Source: Eledone cirrhosa
Taxonomy: Eukaryota
Direction of reading: 5' to 3'
Length of the DNA stretch: 64,000 nucleotides
NCBI GenBank assembly: GCA_964016885.1
Contig: OZ024751.1
Span: 28,830,001 to 28,894,000, forward strand
In this document: in pieces, positions 45,512 through 60,565 of the stretch
Numbering within the stretch: position 1 is the first letter of the stretch
Layout of the letters: every line of letters starts with the position of its first letter
Notes under the pieces: generated by a model
The model's database searches: none
The model's input: the letters and a program-made list of their open reading frames with translations, nothing else
What the model was told of the DNA's origin: nothing
Translations under genes and position numbers: made by a program

Positions 45512-47365
45512 TGGTGATGGTGGCGGTGGCGGTGGTGGTGTGGTGGTGGTGGTGGCGGTGGCGGTGGTGGTGTGGTGGTGGTGGTGGTGGTAGTGGTGGT
45601 ATAGTTATGATGGTGGTTGTGGTGGTGATAGTGCTATAGTGGTTAGGGTGGTGGTGTAGTAATGTAGTTTTAAAGTATATTAACTTTAAATAAACTGGTT
45701 GTGGTGGTGGTAGTGGTGTAGTTATACTGGTGTAGGGGTAGTGTTGGTGTAGTGGTTGTTGGTGGTAGTTATGGTGGCGGTGTAGTGGCCGTGGAAGTGG
45801 TGGTAGTGGTAGTGGTGGTGGTAGTGTTGGTATAGTGGTAGTGGTGGTGGTAGTAGTGTTGGTATAGTGGTAGTGGTGGTGGTAGTGTTGGTATAGTGGT
45901 AGTGGTGGTGGTAGTGTTGTATAGTGGTTGTGGCGGTGGTAGTGTTGGTATAGTGGTTGTGGTGGTGGTAGTGTTGGTATAGTGGTAGTGGTGGTGGTAG
46001 TGTTGGTATAGTGGTTGTGGCGGTGGTAGTGTTGGTATAGTGGTTGTGGTGGTGGTAGTGTTGGTATAGTGGTAGTGGTGGTGGTAGTGTTGTATAGTGG
46101 TTGTGGCGGTGGTAGTGTTGGTATAGTGGTTGTGGTGGTGGTAGTGGTGGTGGTAGTGTTGTATAGTGGTAGTGGTGGTGGTAGTGTTGGTATAGTGGTA
46201 GTGGTGGTGGTAGTGTTGGTATAGTGGTAGTGGTGGTGGTAGTGTTGGTATAGTGGTAGTGGTGGTGGTAGTGTTGGTATAGTGGTAGTGGTGGTGGTAG
46301 TGTTGGTATAGTGGTAGTGGTGGTGGTAGTGTTGGTATAGTGGTAGTGGTGGTGGTAGTGTTGGTATAGTGGTAGTGGTGGTGGTAGTGTTGGTATAGTG
46401 GTAGTGGTGGTGGTAGTGTTGGTATAGTGGTAGTGGTGGTGGTAGTATTGGTATAGTGGTTGTGGCGGTGGTAGTGTTGTATAGTGGTTGTGGCGGTGGT
46501 AGTGTTGGTATAGTGGTTGTGGCGGTGGTAGTGTTGGTATAGTGGTAGTGGTGGTGGTAGTGTTGGTATAGTGGTAGTGGTGGTGGTAGTGTTGGTATAG
46601 TGGTAGTGGTGGTGGTAGTGTTGGTATAGTGGTAGTGGTGGTGGTAGTATTGGTATAGTGGTAGTGGTGGTGGTAGTGTTGGTATAGTGGTAGTGGTGGT
46701 GGTAGTATTGGTATAGTGGTTGTGGCGGTGGTAGTGTTGTATAGTGGTTGTGGCGGTGGTAGTGTTGGTATAGTGGTTGTGGCGGTGGTAGTGTTGGTAT
46801 AGTGGTAGTGGTGGTGGTAGTGTTGGTATAGTGGTAGTGGTGGTGGTAGTGTTGGTATAGTGGTAGTGGTGGTGGTAGTGTTGGTATAGTGGTAGTGGTG
46901 GTGGTAGTATTGGTATAGTGGTAGTGGTGGTGGTAGTGTTGGTATAGTGGTAGTGGTGGTGGTAGTGTTGGTATAGTGGTAGTGGTGGTGGTAGTGTTGG
47001 TATAGTGGTAGTGGTGGTGGTAGTGTTGGTATAGTGGTAGTGGTGGTGGTAGTATTGGTATAGTGGTTGTGGCGGTGGTAGTGTTGTATAGTGGTTGTGG
47101 CGGTGGTAGTGTTGGTATAGTGGTTGTGGCGGTGGTAGTGTTGGTATAGTGGTAGTGGTGGTGGTAGTGTTGGTATAGTGGTAGTGGTGGTGGTAGTGTT
47201 GGTATAGTGGTTGTGGTGGTGGTTGTGGTGGTGGTAGTGTTGGTATAGTGGTTGTGGTGGTAGTAGTGGTGGTGGTAGTGGTGGTATAGTGGTTGTGGTG
47301 GTGGTAGTGTTGGTATAGTGGTTGTGGTGGTGGTAGTGGTGGTATAGTGGTTGTGGTGGTGATGT
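45512..47365. repeat. GT-rich 29-bp minisatellite (GGTATAGTGGTAGTGGTGGTGGTAGTGTT)n
   Basis: Homogeneous core ~45810-47330 grading into (GGT)n. Confidence 0.95.
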
Positions 47366-47654
47366 AGCAGTATTACTTTAAATAATCTGTATCAACCTAG
47401 TTTTTTTTCCTTTTTTTCTATTTTTTGCTAAGAAATAGTGGAAGATGTTGGACATATAAGACCCTAGTGACGGCAAATGTGTGCAGTATCGCCTCTGGGA
47501 ATCGAACCCACCTGCTGCCATATGCCGGACGACGGCGCTAAAAATACTTTGAATATATCGTCTGCTTAGTTTGTAATGAAAACTAGTTGAAAAAAAAAAC
47601 GTAGCACTTGCTAGACAAGACAAGGGTTGATTATTTTGTACCCCATGCAGTAGC

Positions 47655-49260
47655 ACGTGTACCCACACTTATACACACACACACTATTCACTTACATAAA
47701 TACAAAGGCACGCGTACACTCACACAAACATATATACCCAGTCACTATTATAACTAACATAGCACAAAGACACGCGTACACTCATTTATACACACATACA
47801 AACGCATACAGACTATTAGTTAACATAAACACAAAGGCACGCGTACATACAAATACACACACACACACACGGACACTAATACGCCAACACATACACTCAC
47901 ACACATACACGCATACACACACGTACATACACATTATTAACTAACATAAACAGAAAGGCAAGCGTACACATACACACACACATACCAATCAAACACACCC
48001 AGGCAGACAGACACGCGTACACAAACACGCACGCACTAACATAAACGTAAAGGCACGTGTAATCACACATACACACACGCACGCAAACACACATGTACGC
48101 ACGCACACACACACACACATGTCTGATATTAATATTCCAGCACTCAAAAAAACACACACACATGCTATTACCTAACATAAACACACAGGCACGCGTACAT
48201 ACGGGCACGCGTACACATAATCACACACACATAGACACACGTACACACGTACATACATAAGGGCACACAAAGGCGCATGTACATACGTACACACATAAAA
48301 GGACATGTACACACATAAAGGCACACTTACACACATAAAGGCACACGTACATACGTACACATAAAGGCACACGTACATACGTACACATAAAGGCACACGT
48401 ACATACGTACGGCATACGTACAATCATAAAGGCACACGTACACACATAAAGGCACGCGTACACACATAAAAGCACGCGTACACACATAAAGGCACGCGTA
48501 CACACGTATACATAGCCTCACACATACAGGCACACGTACACACAAACACACGTATATATAGGCACGCGTAAACAGGCGCATACATACAGGCACACATACA
48601 CATGAGTAGACACACTAATACACTAAAACCCAACCACACAGACATATACAACTAAAATAAATACACACATACAACTAACATAAACACACAGGCACACATA
48701 CACACAGGTTCTCGTACATACGGACACGCGTACACAAACACACACACGCACATAGACTAATACACCCAAACCCAATCATACACATAAGCACACTTACACA
48801 CACACAGGCACACTTACACACACACACACACACAGGCACACTTACACACACACACACACACGCACAGGCGCACTTATATACACACACACAGGCACACCCA
48901 GGCGCACTGATACACACACACGCAGTCACACTTACACACACACGCACACAGGCACACTTACACAGACACACAGGAGCACTTATATACACACACCCAGGCA
49001 CACTTACACACACACAGGCGCACTTATACACACACAGGCACATTTATACACACACAGGCACACTTACACACACACACATAAGCAAAGAGACGATATATCA
49101 TTACACATACACCCAATCATGTATACTACAAACAAACATTAACATACAGACACACATACACATAGACACGCTAACACACTAACGCTCAGGCACACACATA
49201 CTACAAAACAAGAACATACACAAAAGACACACTTACAGAATCAAATGCACACACACACTA
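47655..49260. repeat. CA-rich degenerate minisatellite (AAGGCACACGTACA / AGGCACACTTACAC cores)
   Basis: Directly visible. Confidence 0.8.
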
Positions 49261-49775
49261 ACGGTCAGCAGTCAGAGATACACACACGCACTCATGCATT
49301 GCAAGCATAGACGTATCTGTGTGTAAGGTGGGAGATACATGGTGATTGATGAGTGTGTGTGTGTGTATATGTGTGTGTGTGACTGTATGTGCCTGTGTGC
49401 GTGTATGTATATGTATGTGTGTGTGTGACTGTATGTGCCTGTATGCGTATATATATATATATATATATATATGTGTACCTGTGAGCGGATAGATATGTAT
49501 GTGTGTGTTTGACTGTATGCACCTATATATATATATATATATATATATATAACATGTGTGTGTGTGTGTGAGAGTGTGTGTGATGAATGTTGAATCATAC
49601 GTGTGGCGTGTTTGTGTATGTGTGTATGTCTAGTTGTCAGTCTGCATGCACATGTGGGTGTGTATGTATATATGTGTGTCTGTTTGTCAGTATGTATGTA
49701 TGTATATATATATATATCTGTATGTATATATATATATATGTATGGATGTTTGTATGCATATAAATATACACACAC

Positions 49776-49808
<33 letters not shown>

Positions 49809-49911
49809 CTATATATAGTATCGCTATTAGCTTTCTCCGTTTATGTATTTATATATATATATATAATATATATAATATACTTTTCATTTATATAATATAT
49901 AAAGATATATA

Positions 49912-49986
49912 CAGGGTGTCACGAAAAAGGTATACGCACAACACCATTCTAATGAAAGTGTGTATACATCTTTTGGGGACACCCTG
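49912..49986. mobile_element. Tc1/mariner-type MITE
   Basis: TA-CAGGGTGTC...GACACCCTG-TA. Confidence 0.75.
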
Positions 49987-50186
49987 TATGTGTCTGTATG
50001 TATGTGTCTGTATGTCAGTGTAGCTAGAACCATATCTGTGTTTGTGTTATATGGACTATTAGCATAGGGATCGAAATTCATCGTCCTTACACACACAAAC
50101 ACACACACTCACACACACCTATACACGCTCACACCTACACACGCTCACACACACACACACACACTCTCACACACCTACACACGCTC

Positions 50187-50218
<32 letters not shown>

Positions 50219-50388
50219 TCACAAACGCACACATTTATATTATATACACTTACACGTTCTTTCGTTTCCACTTTTTATAATATACGTATGCGTGTGTATG
50301 TACATAACATTTCAAAAAGTATTAATATATATATATATATATATACAATATAAAAAAACAATTATGTATAGATATGTGAATATATATG

Positions 50389-50438
<50 letters not shown>

Positions 50439-50784
50439 CACACACACACATACTGCCCCTTCCAAAGTATAACGATATCTGTCTCAACGCACGATTTCAC
50501 ATCAACAGCAAAACGTGTCCAAAACGAAGTATATGTATGTATGTATGTATGTATGTGTGTATGTATGTATGTATGTATATGCATATGTGTATATATGTGT
50601 GCATATATGTGTGTATATATGTATGTATATATGTATGTATGTCAGTATATGTGTATGTATATATATATAGATAAATGTATATATATTCATAAAATGTATA
50701 CATATATATGTGTGTATCGCTCTCTCTCTCTCTCTCTCTCTCGCTATATATATATATATATATATACCTATATGTTTGTGCGTG

Positions 50785-50816
<32 letters not shown>

Positions 50817-50817
50817 C

Positions 50818-50856
<39 letters not shown>

Positions 50857-51296
50857 TGGGTGTGTGTGTGTGTGTGTATTATGATGCAGGTTTGAAAGAC
50901 CTAGAAATTTAAAACATTCAAAGATTAACAGTTTGAGCCAAGTAATGCGGTGACCCAAGTGTAGAAATTTATTATCTCAGTATCAATAGTAAAGTGGCAA
51001 TGACTGGCATGTCTCAGTTTGATCGCTTCAGCTGACTGCCTTGCAAATGAAGCGATCAAGTTAAAACTTCGAAGTCACTGCTACTTTATTACTTAATATG
51101 CAGTGGAATATTGCAGGGGGTGCAGCTACACCCCAAACAAATTTGTTGTCGGAAAATTTAGTCATTTTTATCGGAAGATTAGTCATTTTTGCCGGAAAAT
51201 TAATCATTTTTGTCTGAAAATTATAAACGTCGTCTGCTTCGTCAAAGACGATAGGAGCAATATTAGCGTCTGCCAAATATGATAGGAGCTTGTGTT

Positions 51297-51338
<42 letters not shown>

Positions 51339-51628
51339 TATATATATATATATATGAAATACAGTGTATATTCTAGGTTCAGAATAGCTATATTATATAT
51401 TATATATATTATACGTGGTGATATATCGTAAGAGAGTAAAAGATGTAGGAATTAGGAAGGATATCCAGAGTTGTAAAGCATTGGTTCAAAACGTGAACCA
51501 TTACTTTCATAGAGCAGAGAAGATATATTTAACAAGAAATATATATATGTATGTAATTTTCTATATATATATAATATATATATATAAATATATATATATA
51601 TAGATATATAAATATATAAATATATATA

Positions 51629-51664
<36 letters not shown>

Positions 51665-51701
51665 AATATATAAATATATATTTATAAATATATATATATA
51701 T

Positions 51702-51919
<218 letters not shown>

Positions 51920-51989
51920 GGTGGGGGATAAATACACATAAAGGTACTTTTGTGTCTTTATAAAGACTGATATATACAAACACACAGAC

Positions 51990-52036
<47 letters not shown>

Positions 52037-52103
52037 TAAATGAACATTTATATATAAATTCCATTCATATATGTATATATACAAGTATATACACATCATA
52101 TAC

Positions 52104-52187
<84 letters not shown>

Positions 52188-52272
52188 ATATATGATGTAT
52201 ATACTTGTATATATATATATATATATATATATAACGATATTATATATATATATATAGTGTATGTACTATATG

Positions 52273-52356
<84 letters not shown>

Positions 52357-52578
52357 GTACATACACTATATACATATCTAATATTTATTTATATGTATCA
52401 TTTTAGTATTTGTCTACGTATGGAAAGTAATTTAGTTACATATTCGATTTTATAGCTTTTTCAATCTATATCTCTGTATGCATATTACCACAAGTACTTT
52501 TAGTTACACAAGCACACACATACAAATGTATATTACACATACACACACATCTATATACGAATGAAAATAATAATGTAA

Positions 52579-52622
<44 letters not shown>

Positions 52623-52667
52623 TTATACATATACATATATTTATACATATACATATATTTATACACG

Positions 52668-52773
<106 letters not shown>

Positions 52774-53120
52774 CAGAGAGTGTGAAAGAAAGAGAAATAG
52801 ATCTTTATACACATACATATGTTTTTGTGTGTGTATGTGTGTGTGTATACATGTAAATATCTATTTTATATGCATAAATATATACATAAAAGGATTTTAT
52901 GTATAATATAATATTAAAGAATGAAAGAATAAAGAAATCAAAGTGAGGTCTTAATTAATTCATTACTTTACGATTGTTTAAGAGTGCAAACTTTCTATAT
53001 GAAATGTCGAATTCTAAGATGCTTATAAAGCCTGCTCTGGGTAGGCAGACCACTCATAGGTATATATTACATACATACATGCATAGATACATAGATACAT
53101 ATATACATACTTATATACAT

Positions 53121-54781
53121 GGTGGCTGCCAACTCGTTTTCGAGTACGGCCACTACTTTATATCAATGTAGGAGAACCCCTACCGATGCGCTGAACGAGT
53201 GTGACTTTTTAGTCCAGTCAGCGACTTGAAAACTCTGGTACAAACATTACACTTGTGACAATTATTGACACATAGTGCTGGGCCCATGGTACCATGTGAC
53301 GACAAGTGCAGAGATATCAGAGATCTCCAGATATAAAGCAATGCCTGTATACATACATACATACATATGAGACCCGGATAGTAACACTGAAGCAACATCT
53401 TCAACAGAGGAAAAAGGTTGGCAACCATCTTGCCCAGGTTTATGAGCATGAAGAAAAAAATATCATTAGGATAGCTACTGATCTGGAGGAGAGATATGGA
53501 ATACAGCCTGATATAAATCTCTCCCCCCAGAGAAATCGGAAGATCCTATTTAATGTTCAAACAAGAAGAAAAAATTGACCAATTTACAGAAAAAGTTGTG
53601 CATGGATACTTGAGACGTAAAACACAGACCATAGAGGGAATAAACCACTCAAAAAGCCTGGCAGGGAGTTCCGACAAGTTTATGACATCACACCTTGAGG
53701 GATATCTCTATGCAATACAAGAACAAGAACTCCCTACCAAATATCTGCTGCACAAAAGAGGAGGACCATCAGCTGACAATAAATGTGGGCTATGTAAAAC
53801 AAGGATCGAAGATGTAAGCCACATTGTTACCAGCTGCGAAAGAATGTCATCTCGCTACTACCTCCCCATGAGACACGATGGGATAGCTAGAACCATCTGG
53901 AACGCACTTCGGAAAACAAAATTAAAAACAAACGAGGAAGAATATATTGAGAGAGATGGCACTAAAGAATACTGGTGGAACCTGAAAATAAAAACTGCCA
54001 CCAAATTAAAGCACAACCGGCCTGATATTGTTGTTTGGGACAACACATTGAAAACGTGTTCTGTTGTGAAGATCAGGTGCCCACTTGATGTAAACGTTGT
54101 CAGAAAAATACAGGAGAAGGAGGACATCTACGGACCATTGATAGGAAGTTTACAAATCCAGTATCCAAGATACCCCTTTAGCTTCATACCCATCATTATC
54201 GGAGCTACGGGTTATATACCAACCCGCTTGGACCAATGTATAACTGAACTTGGATTTGCGGACAAAGAACGCAGCTCCCTAATTCATAGTCTACAAATGG
54301 CTGCGATAGCTGGCACCTTCAAAATTTGCAAAACATTCTTGCGATTCAAGGGATGACAATTTCTTTTCTTTTTTTTTTTTTACAACCTTGCCACCAGGAA
54401 GGTGGCAGGACAAAAATATACTCGAAATTAAGAGAAAGAGATAAACATATATACATACATACATGGTGGCTGCCCCCTCGTTATCCAGTGTGGCTATTAC
54501 ACGATATAACATTATTAACAATTATTAATTAATTCTATCGTGCAATGCCTGTGCGTGAAGACTGTTCACTGAGTCAATCCCACTCTCTGAGCGACAGTAG
54601 CTATAACCCGAAAAGAAGAAAAGATCAACATCATCGGTAACTACTGAGCCGCAGGAGTTATCCCAGTTTTCTGAGATGCCTTCTCCTAGAAGAATGCCCT
54701 GACAAAGGCTAGGGGTCCTTCACTCCCTGTGGTTTAATCGCGCGATCGGGTGTCCAGCCCGACTATTTCTATGTCTCCAGA
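53121..54781 (-). mobile_element. RTE-derived element split by a nested insertion (53121-53348 plus 54542-54781)
   Basis: 3' part encodes CNVCTRVFKSLTGLKSHTRSAHR* (RTE-type C-terminal zinc finger) with an (ATGT)n tail; 5' part has the CTAGGAGAAGG motif; the insertion is bounded by the direct repeat GCAATGCCTGT. Confidence 0.7.
53368..54445 (+). mobile_element. 5'-truncated R4/Dong-clade non-LTR retrotransposon (CCHC knuckle plus restriction-like endonuclease), degenerate
   Basis: ORF 53553-54356 has CGLCKTRIEDVSHIVTSC (CCHC), RHD, YWWN and HNRPDIVVWD (PD motif); the expected acidic residue appears to be replaced by K (VVKIRCP). Frameshift near 53525-53555. Both flanks are (CATA)n. Confidence 0.85.
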
Positions 54782-54859
54782 CATACATACATACGTTACA
54801 TCATAAATTGTTCGTTAACAGTTTTACCCTGTAAAATATAGTTTGTTAGGTTTACAATA

Positions 54860-56092
54860 TTCACTGATATATGTGGTATATATGATGTATGCATATGGTG
54901 TATATAATATATAAAATATATGTCATATATGTCAGCAACTACAACATGATAAATATGATATATACGATATATATGGTACATATGATATATGTGGTATATG
55001 TGAAGTATGTGGTATATGTATCAGCAAATAGAACACACGAAAATTATGATAAATATGATATATATGTTATATATGTGATATTTATGTGACATATATGTGA
55101 TATATCTGGTGTATATATCTGCAACTATATGTCCTGACGTATATGATACACATATATGATATATATGATAAATATGATGTATATGTGATATATACACTGG
55201 CATATGTGATATATATGATATATATATATATATGATATATATACACTGGCGTATGTGATATATATACAGACGTATGTGATATATGCATTGACGTTTGTGA
55301 TATATGATATGTGATACGAGTGATATATACACTGACGTATGTAATATATATGATAAATATGATGCATGTGTTACATGTGATATATGTGGTGTATGTAACA
55401 TGCACTGAATATATGTTCTATATATGATATATGTGACATATGTGATGTTTATTATCTGCAAGTTCAGCATGCTATCAATGTAATAAATGTGATATATATG
55501 CTGTATAAGATATACAGGATATATGCACTGACAGTCATGATATATGCTATATATGTGATATGTGATATATAAACTTACATATATGATATATGTTATATAT
55601 GTAATATGTGATATATAAACTTTCATATATGATATATGCTATATATGTGATATGTGAAATATAAACTGTAATATACGATATATGTTATATATGTAATATG
55701 TGATATATAAACTGACATATATGATATATATTATATATGTGATATATTATATATATACACTGACGTATGCGATATATGCTATATATGTGTTATATAAACT
55801 TACACATATATGAAATATGCTATATATGTGATATACACACTGACATGTGTTATATATGATATATATATAGATGATATATGTGATACTGACATATGTGGTA
55901 TATGTGATATATGAGATATATACAATGACGTATGTTATATATGATATATATATATATACGATATATGTACTGCAAATGTGATATTTGTAATACATGCTAT
56001 ATATGTAATATATACACTGACGTATGTTATATATATAATATACACACATATATATATATATATACACACATATATATATATATACACATATA

Positions 56093-56143
<51 letters not shown>

Positions 56144-56345
56144 ATATATGTACAGACATATACGGTATATGAGATAAATGTTAAATGAGATGTATACACT
56201 GACGTATGCTATATAAATGATATGTACTGACATATGAGGTATATGTGATATATGCTATATATAATATATATGAGATATATACACTGACGTATGTTATATA
56301 TGATATATATATGATAAATGTACTGATATATACACTGACGTATGT

Positions 56346-56377
<32 letters not shown>

Positions 56378-56517
56378 GTACTGATATATGTGGTATATGT
56401 GATATATGCTATATATATTATATATACACTGACGTATGTTATATATGTATATATATATATAATATATGTGGTATATGTGATATATGCTATATATGTGATA
56501 TATACACTGACGTATGT

Positions 56518-56549
<32 letters not shown>

Positions 56550-56611
56550 GTACTGATATATGTGGTATATGTGATATATGCTATATATGTGATATATACA
56601 CTGACGTATGT

Positions 56612-56643
<32 letters not shown>

Positions 56644-56760
56644 GTACTGATATATGTGGTATATGTGATATATGCTATATATGTGATATATGTGGTATAT
56701 GTGATATATGCTATATATGTGATATATGCTATATATGTGATATATATACTGACGTGTGTC
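54860..56760. repeat. AT-rich minisatellite with recurring ACACTGACGTATG and ATATGTGATATAT
   Basis: Near-identical ~90-bp units at ~56320-56700. Confidence 0.85.
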
Positions 56761-56905
56761 AGATGTCATCTATCAGATATTACTCATATATTCAGTTTTC
56801 TTGGACTATTAAATTATGTTTAGTCTATAGATGCTGTAATAGCAACGTATTACCCTATGATTCTATTTGTGAACTGTTGATCATACATTCATATAAAATA
56901 TACTG

Positions 56906-56977
<72 letters not shown>

Positions 56978-57268
56978 ATATATATACGCGGGCACACACA
57001 CACACACACATATTTAGATATATTTATTTATATGTATGTATATATATATGTATATATATGTGTGTATATATATATACAGATATATATGTATATATGTATA
57101 TATATATATATACATATGTATATATATGTATATATATATGTGTATATATATATATATATACGTATGTATATATATATATATGTATATATATGTATATATA
57201 TGTATATATATGTGTGTATGTATATATATACATATATATATATATATACATACATATCTGTATATAAA

Positions 57269-57300
<32 letters not shown>

Positions 57301-57338
57301 CATTCACACATATATATATATACACACACATATATACC

Positions 57339-57408
<70 letters not shown>

Positions 57409-57762
57409 AACATATATACATACACATATATATATGAATTTATTCTGAAAAATATAAGTTCAATATGAAATTTATAACTTATAGCTATTTATTACAAATC
57501 TTAAGTTTTCTGAATAAGCAATTATTCCACACCTTCATTAGTTTTGAGTCCTTCAATTTATAATGGCTATCCATTCTTTTTAAATGTTATTTAAATGGAT
57601 ATACATATACCTCCATATATATATATGGAGTACTAATTGGAAAAGGCTTACTGGTTGAAATATAAATATATATATATATATATATATAAGGCTTACCGGT
57701 TGAATAATATATATATTTATATATATATATATATAAGGCTTACTGGTTGAAATATATATATA

Positions 57763-58051
57763 TATAAAGGAAAAAAGATGAAATCGAAAATGCAACTGGA
57801 GTCTTATTTAAATAATATATATATATATTTATTTGGTTCCTTTACCGGTTTCACAGTTCTTCTGCTTTTCAAAAGTAGAGTTGAGATGGAGGGTCTGTGG
57901 TTTTTGAGAGAAACCACAGACCCTCTATCTCAACTCTACTTTTGAAAAGCAGAAGAACTGTGAAACCGGTAAAGGAACCAAATAAATATATATATATATT
58001 ATTTAAATAAGACTCCAGTTGCATTTTCGATTTCATCTTTTTTTCTTTATA
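57763..58051. repeat. Fold-back inverted repeat (~141-bp arms, 7-nt loop)
   Basis: 57763-57903 vs 57911-58051 are reverse complements with ~2 mismatches; the arms contain a GAAACCGGTA hammerhead-like 3' half. Confidence 0.9.
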
Positions 58052-58106
58052 CTTTCACTCGTGTAGGACACCTCGGTTATTTTTCATTTTGTAAAAGAAA
58101 CCTCAC

Positions 58107-58183
<77 letters not shown>

Positions 58184-58346
58184 TATATACATGTATACCA
58201 GTGGCGAAGGGTAACCTGGAAAGCAGAGCATGCAGTCCAATCGCCATGGCAGAAAGTGGGGCTGTGCAACCTTACCCCCCTCCCCTCCAATTCCCTCTAA
58301 ATGACCCTCCCGATCAAAGCCGCATGTAGTGTTATCTAGTGTGTGT

Positions 58347-58377
<31 letters not shown>

Positions 58378-58524
58378 CGCGTGTTATCTTTTTATGTGTC
58401 TACGATTTAGCAAGCAGTCAAAATTCTGCTTGCTTCAACCAACGCAATTGATCAACTCAAGATTCTATAATGCATGCACTGCATGCGTTGCATGCACGGA
58501 CCCTTCACCCCTGATATACATATG

Positions 58525-58570
<46 letters not shown>

Positions 58571-58574
58571 CATA

Positions 58575-58624
<50 letters not shown>

Positions 58625-58741
58625 CACAGATATATACATATATATACATATTTGTATGCATATATACATACATATATATATGTATGTATATATATACATA
58701 TATATATGTATATATATACATATATATATATATATGTATAT

Positions 58742-59113
58742 TCTAGGAGAAGGAAAACTCTGATATAACACCTGCAACCCTGATGGTATCCAATGATGTT
58801 GACTTGTTCTTCTTTTGGTAAATATCATCTTGGTTAAGAGAGTGGGACTGGCTTTGTGCAGTGCCTTTGCTCACTATAAAAGCTTCACGGCACAGGCATT
58901 GTTTTATATCTAGAGATCTCTCTGCCCTTGTTGCCACATGGTACCATGGGCCCAGCACTATGTGTCAATAATTGTCACAAGTGTAGTGTTTGTACCTGAG
59001 TTTTCAAGTCGCTGGCTGGACTAAAAGGTCACACTTGTTCAGCGCATCGGTAGGGGTTCTCCTACATTGATATAAAGTAGTGGCCGTACTCGAAAACGAG
59101 TTGGCAGCCGCCA
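58742..59113 (+). mobile_element. Short internally deleted RTE-derived element
   Basis: Starts TCTAGGAGAAGGAAAACTCTGA (RTE 5' UTR-like); 58892-59113 is highly similar to the reverse complement of 53121-53348; ends in an ATGT/AT tail. Confidence 0.7.
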
Positions 59114-59184
59114 TGTATATGTATATATGTATATGTATATATATATATTTATGTATATGTATATATATATATACACATATCGAC

Positions 59185-59402
59185 AGTCGATCGACTTTCA
59201 TCAAATCGGACCGAGGAAACAATGTTTCCATCGGTCTTTCCAATTGCTAATACTATCTATCGGTCGCAACTCCAGGTAGAAGGAACAACGTGAAACGAAG
59301 TGTCTTGCTCAAGGCCATAACGCATCGCCTGGTCCGGGAATCGAACTCACAACCTCACAATTGTGAATCCAATTCTCTAACCACTCAGCCACGCGCCTTC
59401 AC
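59185..59402 (-). mobile_element. tRNA-derived SINE with TTGAGCAAGACACTT-type domain (copies at ~44080-44350, fragment ~63358-63420)
   Basis: AAGTGTCTTGCTCAAGG...GGTCCGGGAATCGAACTCAC (B box on the minus strand)...CTAACCACTCAGCCAC. Confidence 0.75.
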
Positions 59403-59405
59403 TAT

Positions 59406-59454
<49 letters not shown>

Positions 59455-59500
59455 GTATATGTATAAATAAATAAATAAATATAAATATATATATATATAT

Positions 59501-59686
59501 AATTGTTTCTACTTTTGGTACAAGGCCAGTAATTACCCAGTGCATTACTGGTACTTTATTTTATCGACCCCGTAAGGATGAAAGGCAAAGTTAAGCTCGG
59601 CGGGATTTGAACTCAGACCGTAAAGGGACTTAACTATGCTGGAAAGCATGGCGTCCGACTCTCTACCGATAGTGCCAATCCACCAC
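59501..59686 (-). mobile_element. Nin/Deu-like SINE (young subfamily)
   Basis: Nearly identical to 43677-43858. Confidence 0.85.
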
Positions 59687-60350
59687 CAAATATATATATA
59701 ATGATAATCGGTGTTGGCTGACAACCAAGAAATTTGATTAGAATCAGACGGAACACTCGACTTCATAAAAAGCACAAGTTTTTATGTGTATGGTATCAAA
59801 CGGATTATCTATATGAAGAAAAGGAAGAAGGGTGGTATGACATATTCAATATCGTTTTATTCCATTAAATCATCCTGTTATGCACATTTTAAAGGTACAG
59901 AAAAGACATTATTCAAAGATTATTCAATACGTTTTCATCAGACAGGAAGTTCGAATGCATATGAATATAAAGATTGCTTCTGTTGATATGCTGGCGTGGA
60001 AGACATGTTTACATCTCGGTGTTCGGCAAGCATATGTTATTTTTATTTACCTTCGAAGTCCCTGTCTCACTCAGACGTATTGAATAATAGTTGGATAAAG
60101 ACCTCTCTGTACCTCCGAAATGTGCATAAGAGGATGACATGATGGAATAAAATGATATTGAATATGTGATACCGATTCCCTTTTCTTCTTAACACACACA
60201 TATATATGAATGTATGTGTGTATATTTATGCATATATATGTGGATATATATACACACATATATATATGTAGTTATATATGTATAAATATATGATTATATA
60301 TGTATATATATATACATGAATATATATATGTATGTGTGTGAGTATGTATA

Positions 60351-60565
60351 TGTGTGTATGTATAGATTTGTGTTTATATATACATATATGAGTGTGTTAA
60401 ACAATGAAAACAAATGGCAAAGTTTAGTGCATAATGTATAATATATATATATATATATATATATAAAGAAATTATTATACATTAAGCACTAAACTTTACC
60501 ATTTGTTTTCATTGTTTAACACACTCATATATGTATATATAAACACAAATTTATACATACACACA
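60351..60565. repeat. Inverted repeat (~93-bp arms) around a (TA)n spacer
   Basis: gagtgtgttaaacaatgaaaacaaatgg... pairs with ...ccatttgttttcattgtttaacacactc; ~3 mismatches. Confidence 0.85.

Noticed and set aside
47480-47540. tRNA-like B boxes (GGTTCGATTCC on the minus strand here; GAGTTCGAATCC at ~40278)
   Set aside because: No cloverleaf; likely decayed SINE heads rather than tRNA genes.
54860-56760. Clustered TGACGT (CRE half-sites) as an enhancer
   Set aside because: Explained by minisatellite unit repetition; no independent support.
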